From Raillietiella orientalis (lineage: Eukaryota), in assembly GCA_036172245.1 (NCBI GenBank), contig JAYWIR010000021.1, positions 868,001 to 932,000 on the forward strand: DNA of 64,000 nucleotides, given 5' to 3'. Both the position numbers and the translations under genes were made by a program. Shown one piece after another: positions 1-13,600 of the stretch (the first letter of the stretch is position 1; the number at the start of each line of letters is the position of its first letter). Under the pieces are notes generated by a model. The model worked only from the letters and a program-made list of their open reading frames with translations. It made no database searches and had not been told where the DNA came from.

Positions 1-159
1 AATAAACATTCTGCCTTTCTACTGGCTCTGATTTTTTTATTAGGTGTGTTTTTGTGTGCATGTGGCCTGCTCAGAGTGGTAGTGGACCACTAATAACCCG
101 AATGGCTTTCCTCTTTTGTCTACAGAGATGATCAAGTATATGCTTGTATTTATCCTCAG

Positions 160-1902
160 GTTATGGTGACCAACGTCACATCACTGTTAAAGACAGTTAG
201 GGCTGTGGAAGATGAGCACACTCGTGGTACGCAGGCCTTGGAGTCATCTATGGAAGCCATTTCCCAGGAGATTCGAGTGAGACTGCATATACTTTTTATA
301 TCAAACTACTATAATATCTCTAGGCCTTTGATTCGATGAGTGGATCAGTGGGGACAATGGCAACAGCAGATGATTTGATCCGAATCACTAAACCTATTAC
401 AATAGCTACAGCCAAAGCTGTTGCAGCTGGAAATAGTTGCAAGCAAGATGATATGATTGCAGCTGCAAATATGGGACGGAAGGCCGTTTCAGATTTATTG
501 GCTATTTGCAAAGCAGTTGCATCTACCATAGATGATTACACTATGAGATGTCAGATTATGGAAACTGGACGTCATTGTGCACAAACGTTCCATGATCTTT
601 TATTACAAGTAATCAAGCCTTCACAAGAAGATAACAAACAGGCATTGACTAATTGTTCTAGAGCTGTAGCAGCTAGTGTAACTCAATTAGTTACTGCAGC
701 CCAGCAACTGAGAGGTAAGCATCTCATCAACTGTTCAACTGTGTGAAAGAATAAGTGTTCTCTAGGTTCCACTTGGTTGGATCCGGAGAATCCTGCAGTT
801 TATGCTGAAAGTGAATTGTTGGGTGTAGCATCCACAATTGATACAGCTGCAGAAAAGCTTAATAGGTTGCATCCTCGACATGTCACATCCCAGGTTAGTC
901 GGTTGGAGTATGTTTAAAGGTTTGTTCCTGAGCTATGTCCCTGTCTGTTAGATATGTTTGATATTCTTGGTTGTGGATAAAATTCAACCAAGGATCAGAC
1001 ATATTAACACAGCTGGGGGAACCGCAGCAAATAAAGAGCAAGAAATAAAAAGAAAAAAAAAAAAAATTCAAGGGCAATTCTTAGTTAAATATTGTTTTTA
1101 GGAAGCAGGAGATTGGCAGAGTCTCGATGAAATGATACTGGAAGCAGTGAAAAATGTTGCTGCTGCTACAGCCATATTAGTGCGCAATGCTTCATCAGCT
1201 CAACGTGAACTGACTGAATTTGGAAAAGTGGGTACAGCGTGTTCGAAAATAGCAAATGAAGTATACATTTTACAGCTATCCTTGAGACAGCACTGTCTGG
1301 ACGGCCAGTGGTCGGAAGGGTTGATTTCTGCGGCTCAGCTTGTTGCTGCAGCCACGTTTTCTGTTGTTGAGTCAGCCAGTGCTTTTGTGCAAGGTCATTC
1401 AACTGAGGAAAAACTTATATCTACTGCGAAACAAGTTGCCTTGTCAACAGCACAGCTTCTGATGGCGTGCAAAGTGAAAGCCGATCCAGAAAACATTTCC
1501 GTCAAGAGGCTGCAAGAAAGTGGAGCCGCCGTCAGACGAGCAACCGATCACTTGGTGCACGTAGCCCAGCGAGCTCTGGAACGTGAAGACGAACGTAAAT
1601 TGTATGTTACCACCCGTATGGTTGAAGGGATGGCACAGGAGATCGACGCTCGGAGCGAAGTCTTTCGAATAGAGCGCGAACTCGGTGAAGCTCGTTCCAA
1701 GCTGACTGCCATTCAGAAAGCCAAGTATCTGCAGACTGAAAACGGAGACCAACAAGACTCGAGATTCGAAACCACGTTCACTATTAACACTAGTCCGTCC
1801 TTCAATGGACCCATTGTGTCCAAAGTCACCCGAGGTATCACGAAATTTGATAAAAGAATCGATAAGACAATAACCATGTCGAAAATGAATTATGATAGCT
1901 AA
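160..1902 (+). CDS. TLN: Talin, 3' part (C-terminal rod bundles, I/LWEQ actin-binding domain, dimerisation helix); 5' end lies outside the window
   Basis: Phase-consistent GT-AG exons: 160-276 (VMVTNVTSLLKTVRAVEDEHTRGT), 324-714 (ADDLIRITKPITIATAKAVAAGNSCKQDD), 766-893 (WLDPENPAVYAESELLG), 1102-1227 and 1276-1902 (DGQWSEGLISAA, EEKLISTAKQVA, QLLMACKVKADP, GMAQEIDARSEV). These closely match talin C-terminal motifs as I recall them. Confidence 0.95.
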
Positions 1903-1945
1903 GAGTGATCGGTGCTATATTTTTGATTAAGTGGCCTTATTCTGC

Positions 1946-1951
1946 AATAAA
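1946..1951 (+). promoter_or_regulatory. Putative polyadenylation signal of talin
   Basis: AATAAA begins 44 nt after the end of the TAA stop, in an AT-rich 3' UTR. Confidence 0.5.
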
Positions 1952-4900
1952 TACAAATGCTTTTTCATTGAAGCATGTTAAAGAAACTAAAATCTACCTC
2001 CGTGTATTTAAACATAACTTATTACCATATTAAAGCAGGCACTCTTCTTCTTACTATTACCTCTGTTTTCTAAGCATGAAATCCGAAAATGAGCTCTGTA
2101 ACAATGTTTGAATATTTTTCAAAGAATTATAAAGCGGTTTAATCAGATACCTTGATATTTATTATTAGTATTTTTTACCACTTGTAATATTTTCTCTCTT
2201 TATTCTTTTCAGTTGGAAAAAAGAATATTACAAACTTTACAATAAACATTTAAAACAATGAAAGTGCTTCATTTCAAGCCATCCCTTGGGGTTCACCAAA
2301 GTCGCCTTCACGCGATGTAGAGAGTCCTCGAGTGGCTCCGTAGAACATTCGTAGAGTGCAGTTGTGGCTCGTCTCCGAACCACGAAAACGTTTTGATGAG
2401 TCGGGGCATTGGGCATTCGGTCAGTTTGAAGACCCGGGGCATTGCGTCACAGACCTTTTGGCATTTTGAGCCGCCTAGGAATGATCGGCGAAGAGTGGCC
2501 ATGTGCCGTTTCCCAAAGAGGTGAAGGGAAATCCGAGGTGGTGGTGGTGGTGGTGGAACGACAAATGTAGCAATCCGCTTCCTGCGTGAAAAAACTTTCT
2601 CTCGAATGGCGCTTCTCCCTTTGTAGCAAGTGTGTCGCTCGAGCATGGTCAAGTTTGCGGCCAAAGCATCGGATGCTTCGGTTGAGAACTTGAGCAAAGA
2701 TCAAGTACGCATAGTCGTGAGTTCATTGGACTTTCTGTAGTGGTCCTTCCAGCATAGCTGTGCACTTTATGAGTGGTCTGGAAGATTTTTCTCCCCTCCC
2801 CCCCCCCCCCCCCCACTCGTGACGCAAACTGCTTGGCGGGCAGATTGCGACTACTGTTCGAATAGTGAAAATTTTGGATTTCCTAGTGGGAGCGCACAGC
2901 TCTGGGTTGTCAACTGCAGTGTGGTGCTGACCCCTTGTGAACTACTTGGCCTTTTCCTCTCTTTTTTTTTTTTTCCAAAAAAAAAAACTGCCATTTTACG
3001 TTTCATGTTGTCGTTTCGTCCGTCTTTGCCGTTGATATTGGGAAAGCAGATTTCCCAGGAATCGTTTCTTAAGCGTTCTGTGAAGAATTAAGGAAGAATC
3101 TTGTCGTTACAGAAACCATTTATGAGGAGTTCAGTTTAATCTTTCCTGCACCCTTGTCTTACCACGGAATTGATAGAACACGTGTTCAAAATGCTGCGTA
3201 GCACCATTGAGGAAGAAGTTCAAACGGATTTGCTCTTGCTTCCAGACGCATCCTTCCATTTCCGTCCTTGGCTTCTGTTCCCCGTACGGCCGAGTACCTG
3301 CTGCTACTCTTAGAGGTGGAAATTATTCTGGCTGTTATTTGCAGACGCGAAAGCATCCAACTATTCGATTCGGCTCTTTCTTCCCGAAGCATTTTTCCGT
3401 CGACCCCGCCTGCCACACGACAACCCCCCATTCACAAGCTATCATTTAAATAGGCTGCGGGATGCTCTTCTCCATCGAGTTAGATTCGCTTGGAATGTGG
3501 TTGCGGCCGCCCACGGAGGCTCCAAATCGTTGTCGAAAACAGACTTCTGTCGAGTGGTCGCGATAAACCACGCGCTGAATTTGGTGTCCAGATAAGTGCA
3601 AACTGCCACTCACTTTCTCTTGCAAGAGCAGCCAGGCGAGTTCCTCTTCGGCTTCACCAGGCTCTTCAGACTTGCGTTCGATACGCAGAGAAAGCGGAAA
3701 AGGTAGTCCGCAATGCTCGATTGGAAATTCCTGGTGGGAAATACCCACTTCCGTAGAAAGCTTGTTGGCAACCGTGAGCACCCTCACGCTTGTGCACCGT
3801 GCATCCCCTTCAGGCATCAGAACCCAAGTCTTCCCAAACAAGGCGTTTGTGGACAGTGAGGGTATGCTCTTCACTCCATGACCCCAGCAAAAAGTGCAAG
3901 CCTTAAACTGCAGTTTCCGAACATCTGCGCGCAAGTGAAGGAGCTATGAGCAAAAAAAAAAAAAAAAACGAATCGCGTGCCCATAACTGCTTGCTGGTGC
4001 AAATTGTTTTCAGCATATAATGACTTTCCATTATACAGGGAAACAAAGACAGAAGTCACTTTGCAGTTCGAGCACCTCCGTTTCGCAATCGTAAATAAAG
4101 TCATATACAAAGCACCCTGCTGTGGCTCCCGCGATTCCCTCCTCCCCGAGATCGTCCGCAACGTGAAAGAGAAGCGCTTTCGCCTGCTACCACTACCATT
4201 ACCTTCGAAAAATGCCGAATTTTTTTTTTCGGCCGACCACATGATCAAGGTATGTTAGTGGAAAGGGGAGGCTGGAGAATGGACCGAGGGAAAACGGGAA
4301 AAAAGGCCGAATAAAAACAAACAAAAATAAAAAGTGAAGGCAAAGATATCTGACTTGGTTTTCACCATTCGTTTATTTGGAATTCTCGGGCGCTTGACTT
4401 TGAAGTCGAATATAGTTGGTTCTAGGGCCACTTCAATGTGGAGAATCAGCACCTCTCTCAAGAAAGGGGAACTTGGAGTCAAACAATGTGGTAGCAGAGA
4501 ACAATACAACAAAAAATAGGAGCTGAAAATTCATACTTTGCATAATGGGTTTGCATTATCATTCATTAAGGGCACTGATTCAGATGCAAATTTTCAAGAT
4601 ATTCTGAAATCACCTAAGCAAAGGCATATGCTGTTAATAAAACTGAAATACTTGCACTATAATGCTGTGGCAATCATCACAACATAATGCCATTACGGAA
4701 CCTAAGATGTAAAATGTTGCAACAAATCGCGGTTCTTCCTTTGCAGTTTGACAGTCATTGGGATGCACTGCTCTGCAATAGGAACTGCAAGCTGACAAAC
4801 CCAAGATTCTCCATTTGCCACTCTCATCCCTGACTTCAAGTACACAGCACCCTATATCCAATGAAACAAGGCAGCTGGCAGTAACAATTTATGAAACTAC

Positions 4901-5952
4901 TGAAATCTTCAGGACCATTTATGGAAGTCTCTCAGCGGTATGAGATGTGTTGATCTTCTCCCTTTTTTTACCTTTAGAGCACTTTATGAAGAGAAATAAT
5001 GATGTAAAGAAACTGTAAACTCTCGCTGTTTGTAGTCAATTTTTTTCTGCATCTGCTGTTCATGAACAGAATATTGCATGTGTTCTTCCAAGTTGCAACT
5101 TAAATCAGTAGATGCATTTGATACCAATTCGGCAAACAAATCTAATCAAATAAGTAACGGTTGATGATGTAGTACAACTACAAATCTGAACAGATAGATC
5201 TAAATATACCATTCCAATTTCTGAAAACCCAAATTATCGTACTTCTTTCAAGATGAAAAAAAAAAAAAACTGCTGAGGTACGCTCCTTAAAATTCAAGCT
5301 AAATACGATAAAGAAGTTTTGGTAGCTTGTAGAAACTACACTCGAAAACGCACATTTTTCATTCTGAAGTTTCTTTTAAGAGATTTTATTGAATAAGGAT
5401 GCAAATATCTCCTGAAGGTCACATGGTGCTCATGTGTAATAGGAACTATTAATGACATTTAAGGCATCAGAAAGTCATAAATAGAAGAAAACAGACAGAA
5501 GCGTAAACTTTGTTCAAAAGTTTATTCCTTTCTTGCTGCATCTTATAATTGTGCACAGTTTATGAGAACAGCCACATGACTCCTTTCATCCACAAAATGA
5601 TAATACTTTCAAATGTTTATAACAGAAGTATCTATATGCCCTTGGATTAATTAGTTTTGTCTGGTTATTAGTTTGAAAACTGTTACTTTTAGGAAACACA
5701 ACCATAATTAACATACTTCGTTGTGATCAACAGTAATTAATGAATGGTCACTGATAATTATGGCATGGAATGTGTAGAGTTTCCTGCAACAAACTATAAA
5801 CCATATCATTAAGTCACTTTGAACATAAAAGATAATGAATGGGGGTATTTCATTCAATTGATGATGAAACAAAGAAATGCTCCTTCATACATTCCAAATG
5901 GAATATGCTTTAGAAACATGATGGTAAATAAACCATTTTATGCTTTCATTTG

Positions 5953-7013
5953 TTAATCCTTTTCATCTAACTTGCTACTGACCCCTTCAATCAAAATGAG
6001 AAAGAATTAGCCACAAATTTTCAAATTCAACAAGCTTACCTTTTCCATCACATGCTACAATTTTCACTTTATCAACTCGTACAAGTTCTTGAACTTCACG
6101 GAATTCTACATCACTTAACATGAATGTCCACACATTATCACAAAATCGATATGTATTCAATTTGCCAGCCTACAAATTAAAAATGCTTCAATTTAATACA
6201 GTACAAATTGTCTTGTTTATATTCCAAAATGATTAATTGCTTTAAAAAACGTGAGTTCTGTGCACAAATTTTCAAGCAAAATAAAACCGTAGACATTGGA
6301 CGATATAAAATGGTGTTGCAAAGTATCTGGGGCTTGGAACATGCTCACAATCCATCTCTGCTAATCAAAATTTCACATTACTTAACAACATATGTTCATT
6401 CCTGACTCACTTTGACAAAACACGTCAAATGAATTAAATCAAAATTACAGCTAGAATACACCGTCAAACAGCAAAAAAACAAAAGCTTGCACTTTCATTC
6501 ATATACAATCTTCATCTAAATCAACAAAAGCTATAATGTTCAATTCTGCAATAGCGATCTGATAGTAGGAAAATAGTTTACAATAAATAGTTATACAAAT
6601 GAACACTTCATAATAACTACGTGAAAAAGAAAATAAAAGAATACCTTGAAAGTAATCCTGGATTTCACTCTAGTAGCTAAAGCATTATTAATGACTTTAT
6701 CAAACTGCAACAGTACTTTCAAAGCAAGCTGTGGAGTAATTTGCCCATCCTAATTTCATATAAACATGATGAAACAAATAAATCACATTTGCAAAGAAAT
6801 GTCATAAAATTATAACTAGTTATTTTTGACGACTACTGTAGCAACGTTGTGGCACCGTTCAATCACGTATTAAAATTGTGCATTTGCAATGATTTTAAGA
6901 AAAATACCTATACAACACACATGGTATTTAAGATATATTACCTGTATAAGTTCATCAAGAGTTTCCTGAAGTGTATGACCTAAAGTTGTGTTTCTATACA
7001 GTTGATAAGACAT
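5953..7013 (-). CDS. GTF2A2: Transcription initiation factor IIA gamma (small) subunit, about 113 aa
   Basis: Exons 7013-6942 ([24 protein letters not shown]), 6749-6645 ([35 protein letters not shown]), 6169-6040 ([43 protein letters not shown]) and a probable last exon 5984-5953 ([10 protein letters not shown]). All introns are GT-AG and phase-consistent. Confidence 0.96.
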
Positions 7014-8002
7014 TTCTTCCGGCGCATACAACGCAATTCGTAAATCTGTTTTTTTGTAGCAGAAGTGCCAAGTACGATGTTTCTGTATTAGGATAAATGA
7101 TAGTAGCAGAATAGCAACAAAGGTATAGTCGAGCCTGAAAAGCAACGCTACAGAAGTGAGGGATTACAGCCTCGAATCCTGATAAATGAGAAATATGGAA
7201 CGCTTTGGAAGGTCTTTCTTGCTGATCTAAGTATCAAACTAAATATTGGAAGTTACTTTATCTTACCGAAGAATTATCTCACAGATTCTATCTACACTTC
7301 GTATTAACGAAGACAAAAACGTTCTCACACAATAATAAATCAATTCTTTAGCCTTTAATTTTCGAAAATAGCTTTCTGAATATGAAAAATAGTATCTGCA
7401 TTGTTCGCTCAATTTTGGATAGGGAGAATCCAACGAGTAGTTCCAGATGGTGATCATCAAAGAATAATGTTTGGATTCGCAGGCAACAGGCCAAACGAGA
7501 ATACAATAACTGTAAATAAGCTTCAGAATTAATGAATGGAAGTCTATCCCAACGTATATCTCATCAGTACGTTGATTAACTATTGTAGACTTCCTTCCAT
7601 TTAAAGATTGGTAAGCTAAAGATTCTTTTGATAAAACCAAATTCAGAACTATTATATTTCGGATACTTAAACTTAATTAGATTAGAATGTGTGTAATCAA
7701 ACGAAAACTCATATATTGTTTTCATTTCTCTTTTGCAGAATAATATCGACTTGATATTGCACGCAACTTGCAAAGGATATCATGAATCCTGAAGTAATTT
7801 GTGATTAAACTGTATTGCTATTGGAAAATGGATTCAAAAACTGTGATCAAAATTCTTTGCTTTGACTAATTAGTATTAGAAGGATATCCTTCTATAACTC
7901 CTTCACTGCCAAGTGTCCTATCAAAGAATAATTCATATTCATGTGGGCCATATAATACACTGCATATTACATATCACATAATATGTTGAATGTATTACGT
8001 CC

Positions 8003-8028
8003 ATATATATATATATATATATATATAT
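8003..8028. repeat. (AT)13 microsatellite
   Basis: Directly visible perfect dinucleotide run. Confidence 0.95.
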
Positions 8029-8849
8029 GTAAGTGTATGTATGTATATCACATATACATATAATAAAGATTTCTATATAAGTTCTGACTCTGAAATAATA
8101 GTTCATTATTTCTCTTTCGAAATCTTCTGGAAATGAACTCAATGAACACCAATCTTGAGAAATACCAAACAGGAAAACACACAAACACACTTCAGATGAG
8201 AGTATAGTAGTGAATGACAACATGCAGAGTAATGGAGTTCTTGGAGAAATGAAGATGTAATTTTAATAAGCAAATATCGCCATAGATCATGTCGAGAATG
8301 GCACCACCGCTCAGATCATTAAGGTTTATTTCTTTTTGAGAACGAGAACATTGGTCCCCGAATACTAGCACGTCGGATATATGTTCGGATACATCCACGC
8401 TTCTTCTAAGACTGTTTGCCTTTGTGTTGTCTTCCTGTAGGCTCAAATCTTTAAAATAAGAATCACGTGAAGGAGAAGGAATGAAAATTTGGGAGCGATG
8501 CCAAAATAAAAGCAATAAAAAAGAGAACAGCTGAAGTTGCGGATGAAGCTTGGAAATTTCACACCGAAACGCTCTGAGGCTGCTTACAAATTCCCACTGC
8601 CCGTGTCAGTGCACTTTCTAGGAGAAGCAAACTCTCTCGTGCTTTCCCGTTTGCCATTACGAACTGAGTTCTTGTGCCCGTGCTCGCATGAACTCAGAAC
8701 TGTGAACTCAGCTGACACCTCTATAAGGAAGAAAAAATGCAATGCTAGTTGAGTTTCTTCACTTCGCTTGAATCCAAATTCTGATGAAAAGCAAAATCTG
8801 TAGACAGAAAGCGTTTTGCAGGCAGGATGGCTCCCTTGGAGATTTCGTG

Positions 8850-10420
8850 CTCGTCATCGACAACATTGAATGAGCAGCCAGTGAAGTGTCCGCCCACGAA
8901 CAAAAACCTCAGATGTGTCGTTGGACTTGAATGTCTGCCAAGCCAAACGGCTTTGGATCTTCTCAATAGTACTTGGAGGAGGCTGACAAATAGCTCGGTG
9001 ATGGTAGGAAAGATTTCCTACCAGGGATCTCAGTAATGTGGGGATTGGAGGCTGCTCTCTAGCCCATGTGGCATCTTTGCCAGCATACGGACACTCGATC
9101 CGAGAGCCGTTCTCTTGTACAAAAGCCCACCAACAAAGAACTGGAGATGAGTGGGAGGAGGACAGTCCAGCCTCGTGCAAGATGTCTGCAGGTCTGGCTT
9201 CTCACCAAGCCTCAGAAAGATCCAGAGCTGGATTTTCATGGGAACGGGGGTTCTCAGAGGTGCTTCGGCTTGGGGAGGAGGAGATAAAGAAGTCTAAACG
9301 CTACTTTCAGATGAAAACTCGGCAGGGGAGGATTCAGGGATGTTGTAGGATCTCGGTTTGTTTGTGGGTGCCCCATAGCTCTTTTCCCCCTAGGAGATGT
9401 CCAAGCGAATGGAATTGGAGAATGATGGCCAAAGAGCTGCAAAGGGTCGCTCGTGGTTAAAACTGGTACGAGAGCATCCCCAGGAGGAAAGTGATTATCG
9501 TGGGGGGCGCCCTAGGAAGCTCACCGGCAGCTCTGAGGCAGGAACAACTGTCCCCGCTGCTGCGAGATCTCTCTGGAAAGAAGGCCTCTGATGGAGTCGG
9601 TTGAAAGGTTCTCCACAACGTGCTCCTTCCCTCCTTCCTCCTTGCTCGTACTCCCTTTCAGTGGCTTGCAGCATCCGCGGTGCACCAAGAGTGAGTGCCG
9701 GTGAATTTGGCGTCTCCGAAGGCTCGCCCTGCCTCTCCTTGATTTTGACGGAACCACACTGGACGGTGGGAGGTGATCCTTGAACTCCCTCTCGAGGCAG
9801 GGAGCAGAGAAGCGCCGCTGGTCTGATGGGCCGGTGCATCTCTTCTCCAGGAGCGTTCTCCCATCCTCCTGGTGATTCACTGGTGAGCGCTCTCCCCGAC
9901 TCGACGAAAAGGCTCAACTGGTCAACGACCTGTTCCCAGTTTCCGCGCTTCCAGGGAGAGCTGCACCTTCCCAACCGTTCAAGGCGCGGGAGGGGGGGAA
10001 GGGGGGAAGGCGGAGGCTAGCGAGCCGTTTGCGCGCCTGCTGCTGCGCTGCCGCGCCCTTCAAGAGTCGCGGCGAAGGCAGCTTCTTTCCGAGCTGCCGC
10101 ACCCGGGGGGCACCTCCAGGGGAATGGCTGCGGAGATTCCTCACGCGTGGCGAATTTTCCCAGGGAGCCGTGATGGTGGCGTCGGGCTGCAGCTTCTCCG
10201 TCGTGAGTGCCAACTGCGTGTTGGCGCTGTCCTTTTGGCAAGGGCCACAGGTCACCCTCGAGGCAGATGCCTCCTTGAGAACTGCAGAGGAAGGAGAAGA
10301 CGTTTTGAAAGAAGAAGGCTCCTTCCCCCTTGTCCGCAAGCTCGCGTTCTGAGCCAGTTCCAAGGAAGAAGGAGAGTCCCTACCTGTCCTGTCGGTCCTA
10401 CCGGACCCGGAGCTAGTCAA
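8850..10420 (-). mobile_element. Decayed L1/Tx1-like LINE ORF2 fragment (RT region), copy A
   Basis: Frameshifted fragments resemble the RT-flanking motifs: TSESPGGWENAPGE (KSPGPDG-like), KERQGEPSETPNSPALTL (K..p..NYRPISL-like) and NLSYHHRAICQPPPSTIEKIQSRL (post-RT lwY...ppp...kiq). Motif recognition by eye only. Confidence 0.42.
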
Positions 10421-10689
10421 ACAGCCCTGTCCCTACCCCACCTGCTTTTTCTACTCATTTATTGTCCTTCGCCCTCCTTCTCCCGGTTTCTTCCGTGGCT
10501 GACCTGAGTGTTGGGATTTCTCTCTGCGGACTTCATGCTGTTTCCCTTGGCAACCAGATTCCCATCTTTTTTTTTTTTGATGAGATGAACGCCCCGGCGT
10601 GACTTCCGCATCCCAGATAGCCGGGCCATTCGCTTGAAATAAACAAGCAAACGGAAAAGAAACCTACGGTAGGCCCCACTTGCCTTAAG

Positions 10690-13600
10690 AGAGTCCACAC
10701 TCACTAGGGACAGGACTGGGAGGAACAATAAGTAAATAGGGGATGGGATGGACCGGTCCCGCCGCCGTACCTAGCATGGTTCTCCGCGTTGGGCAGGAAA
10801 GGGACAAAAAGGGATAGGATTGCGTTCACTAGCATTGAGTTTCTCCGTCTCCGATCGCCTGAGAGCTCCCTCTGGACCTCGTATCCCGGATCGGTCCCTC
10901 GGCACACAGAGGACGGCTCTCTGGGCTCCGTCCTTCCTCCATGTGGGTGGCGGTCTCCGTTGCTCTCACGAGGAGGGGTATCGCCGCCGTCCGGGGGGGG
11001 TCACGCCCGACGAGTCTGGAGAAGAGAGGAGGCACGAGCACGTTTCTTCGAACGGGTCCCGCGGGGCAGCATCGGAGGGGGTGGCCAGGTGCCTCCGCTG
11101 TGCCATGGCTGGTGCTTTCATCCACTAAACCAAAAGTGGGCGCGGAGCAGGTTGGCATCCGCAGTCCCCCCGACCCCTCGTAGGTCTGTTTCGGGCTGAC
11201 GATGGATTCCACCACCTGCCCTACTCTGCGAGCTCCACGCCTCAGAGGGCAGCCTGGCGTTCTCTCGCGGGCGCGGTGCCAGCTGCCCAGGCAGCAAGGG
11301 TCTCCCCTCTCCCGTAAGGGTCGTGTCCCGACTGATCTGGAGCTTGGCCTGTCTGTCTCTCATATCAACAGCACTAACTCGCGCACCATGGAAACCGCTT
11401 CTTCCACGAAGAGAACACGCAACTCCAAAGACTCAACCCTCCGGCGTCTGGAGCAGCTTTGCCTTTCAGCCCTCCGACAGCCGGCAGCGGTTTCGGTGGT
11501 CGCGAAGGGGTCATGAGGCTGGATGGGAGACGCAACTCCCAGCCACCTGCGTGTAGTGGGCTTGTGGATCTCTGTGGCGCAATCGTGGTTGGGAGGTTCC
11601 CTCGCAATCTCGGTCTTTCGATGTGTCGACAAAGCAGCCCTCCAGGAAGGTTCGAGGTCCTTCCTGGGCTTCGTTCCAAGGCTCTCTTCGGAAGGAGGCA
11701 GACAGACAAACTCGACCCTGGGATGACTCGACAAGGCAGGCCGCGTTCGTCTTCGTCGTACTGCCTCGAACAGAGGTGGTCGCCGAGGGACACGTGGAGT
11801 CGGATGCCTCAGGTTCTTCCGCTAGCGGGTTCGTGGCCGTGCTCGACCGCTTGTCTTTCGGGCGCAGACCCGGGAGTTCAGCCCTGAGAACAGGCGGACG
11901 TCGGAGTCCCCCGCTACGAGGTGAGGCGTCCCAGGGTGAGTCGGCCTCGGTCAGCCCGGATCCGAGCTCCCCACCCCCCGGAGTCCACCCCACATCCGTC
12001 CGCGTCCCGGCCGGGAGCTGCGGGATGCAGGCGATCGAGGTTGGAGCTGCGCACCACGAAGCTGGTCGATGCATTCCGAGGGGGGTCGCCTCTCCGGAGT
12101 GTCAAGAAGTGAACCGTTCCCTCCGGGAGCGCCCTCCCCAGAAACTGGGAAGCGTGCCTTCCAAGTCCTCTTCAGAGGAAGAGAAAACAGGGAGCAGTTC
12201 CCTTGCGGGTTTCCTTCGGAGAAGAAACCGGGAACGGCTCTCACAAACCGGGAGGTCTCCCCTAAGAGCATGAGGGCAAGAGTTCCCATGGGCTTCTCTC
12301 CCAAGCGTAAGAGGAACGGACTCCTTCCTCCCCGGAAGCCTTCCTGGGTTCAAAGAGTATCCCCTATAACTAGAAGAGTCGCACGCACCCTCGGGCGATG
12401 TGGACAGCGTACTCCTAAGGGAGAGGCGAGCGGGTCTTCAGGACTCCTTGGGAACCGAAAAAGAAAAAGCTGGAAGGCAAGCAGAGAGAGGAGGAGGACG
12501 GAAGGGTGTTCCTATCACCCTAGACCGACGGTGAGCGACCCCACGGGGAGATCGCCAAGACGAGGTCGATCTGGTCACCCGGCCACAAATTGGCCGGCTG
12601 ACCTCGTCAAAACGGGCCCGCCGCACTGCCTGCCGTGATCGGAGCGCGTCCCGCCGCCGCCTCGGGGTTGGGCCTCCCGAGGAGCGTTCGACCTCACGTG
12701 GCCTCTGCGTGGAGAGCTCGTGGACCTCCGGCAAGATCGGAACTCGTCGGCGGTGGTTCCGCGACCCTCCACGCTTCTTCGCGTCGTCCCGCGGGTCGCC
12801 GTTGACGTTCCGCGCGGTGCCCCTGTCGCCCCCGAGGAGGCGCTGGCTTCACCACCTTCCCACTCTCCGGAAGGAAGGGGGGAAGCGTATAGTGGCACGA
12901 GGAGCCACATTCGTTTCACCGGTGTCTGCTTCTCCGTCTCCCGTGGGACTGGACCGCTCGCTCTCCCTCCGTCGACGCGTCAGGGTGACTCTCCCCCTTT
13001 TCCGGCGTTTCCTCGCCGCGCCCCCACTTCCCTCAGGGGAGCTTCGGAACGCGGCCCGCCAGCGGACCCGGACGATTCCCTCGAGCTGCATTTTCGGCTT
13101 CGGACATTGCTGCCCGAGGGACGCCTATTCAGCTTCAATGGAGCTATGCTCACACCTCGACAACTTCCCCATCTACCACCTGCGCGCTCCCACTCCCGGT
13201 CAGGAATCATCCCGATCGTCAGGGCCCCTGCGTTCGCCCTCCTGTCGATCCTGCGCCCATCTCGAGCCCTGCTGACCTCTCTGCGGTGGTACTTTCGGAG
13301 GGCTTCCGGGTTTGCGCTCCAAGCCTGAGGTCGCCTCTTCCGCCTTGGGCGGACGGACGGACTCCCTCGGCGTCGTTCGGTCTGCACGTATGCGCCGGGT
13401 GCGGCCGCTGCCCTTTTCCACAGAGCGGGGTCGGCGGGGCGGAGCAACCCCTTCAGCCCCAGAGTTCATTCACTCACGCGGCAGCGCGGTTTCCGCGCGA
13501 GCACGTAGCCTCGCAGAGCACGCGAAATTCGGGCTTCCTCACGTGCCAGGAGGCGCAGCTAGGACACCATGGCGTCTTTGCACGTGTCGACGACGGTGAT

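Noticed and set aside
4634..5220. Possible small spliced gene on the minus strand
   Set aside because: Short frames with no recognisable homology or consistent exon chain; more likely TFIIA-gamma 3' flank.
6870..7145. 91-aa ORF as a gene with a hydrophobic N-terminal extension
   Set aside because: Only 7013-6942 matches TFIIA-gamma. The rest is 5' flank (non-ATG start) and intron read-through.
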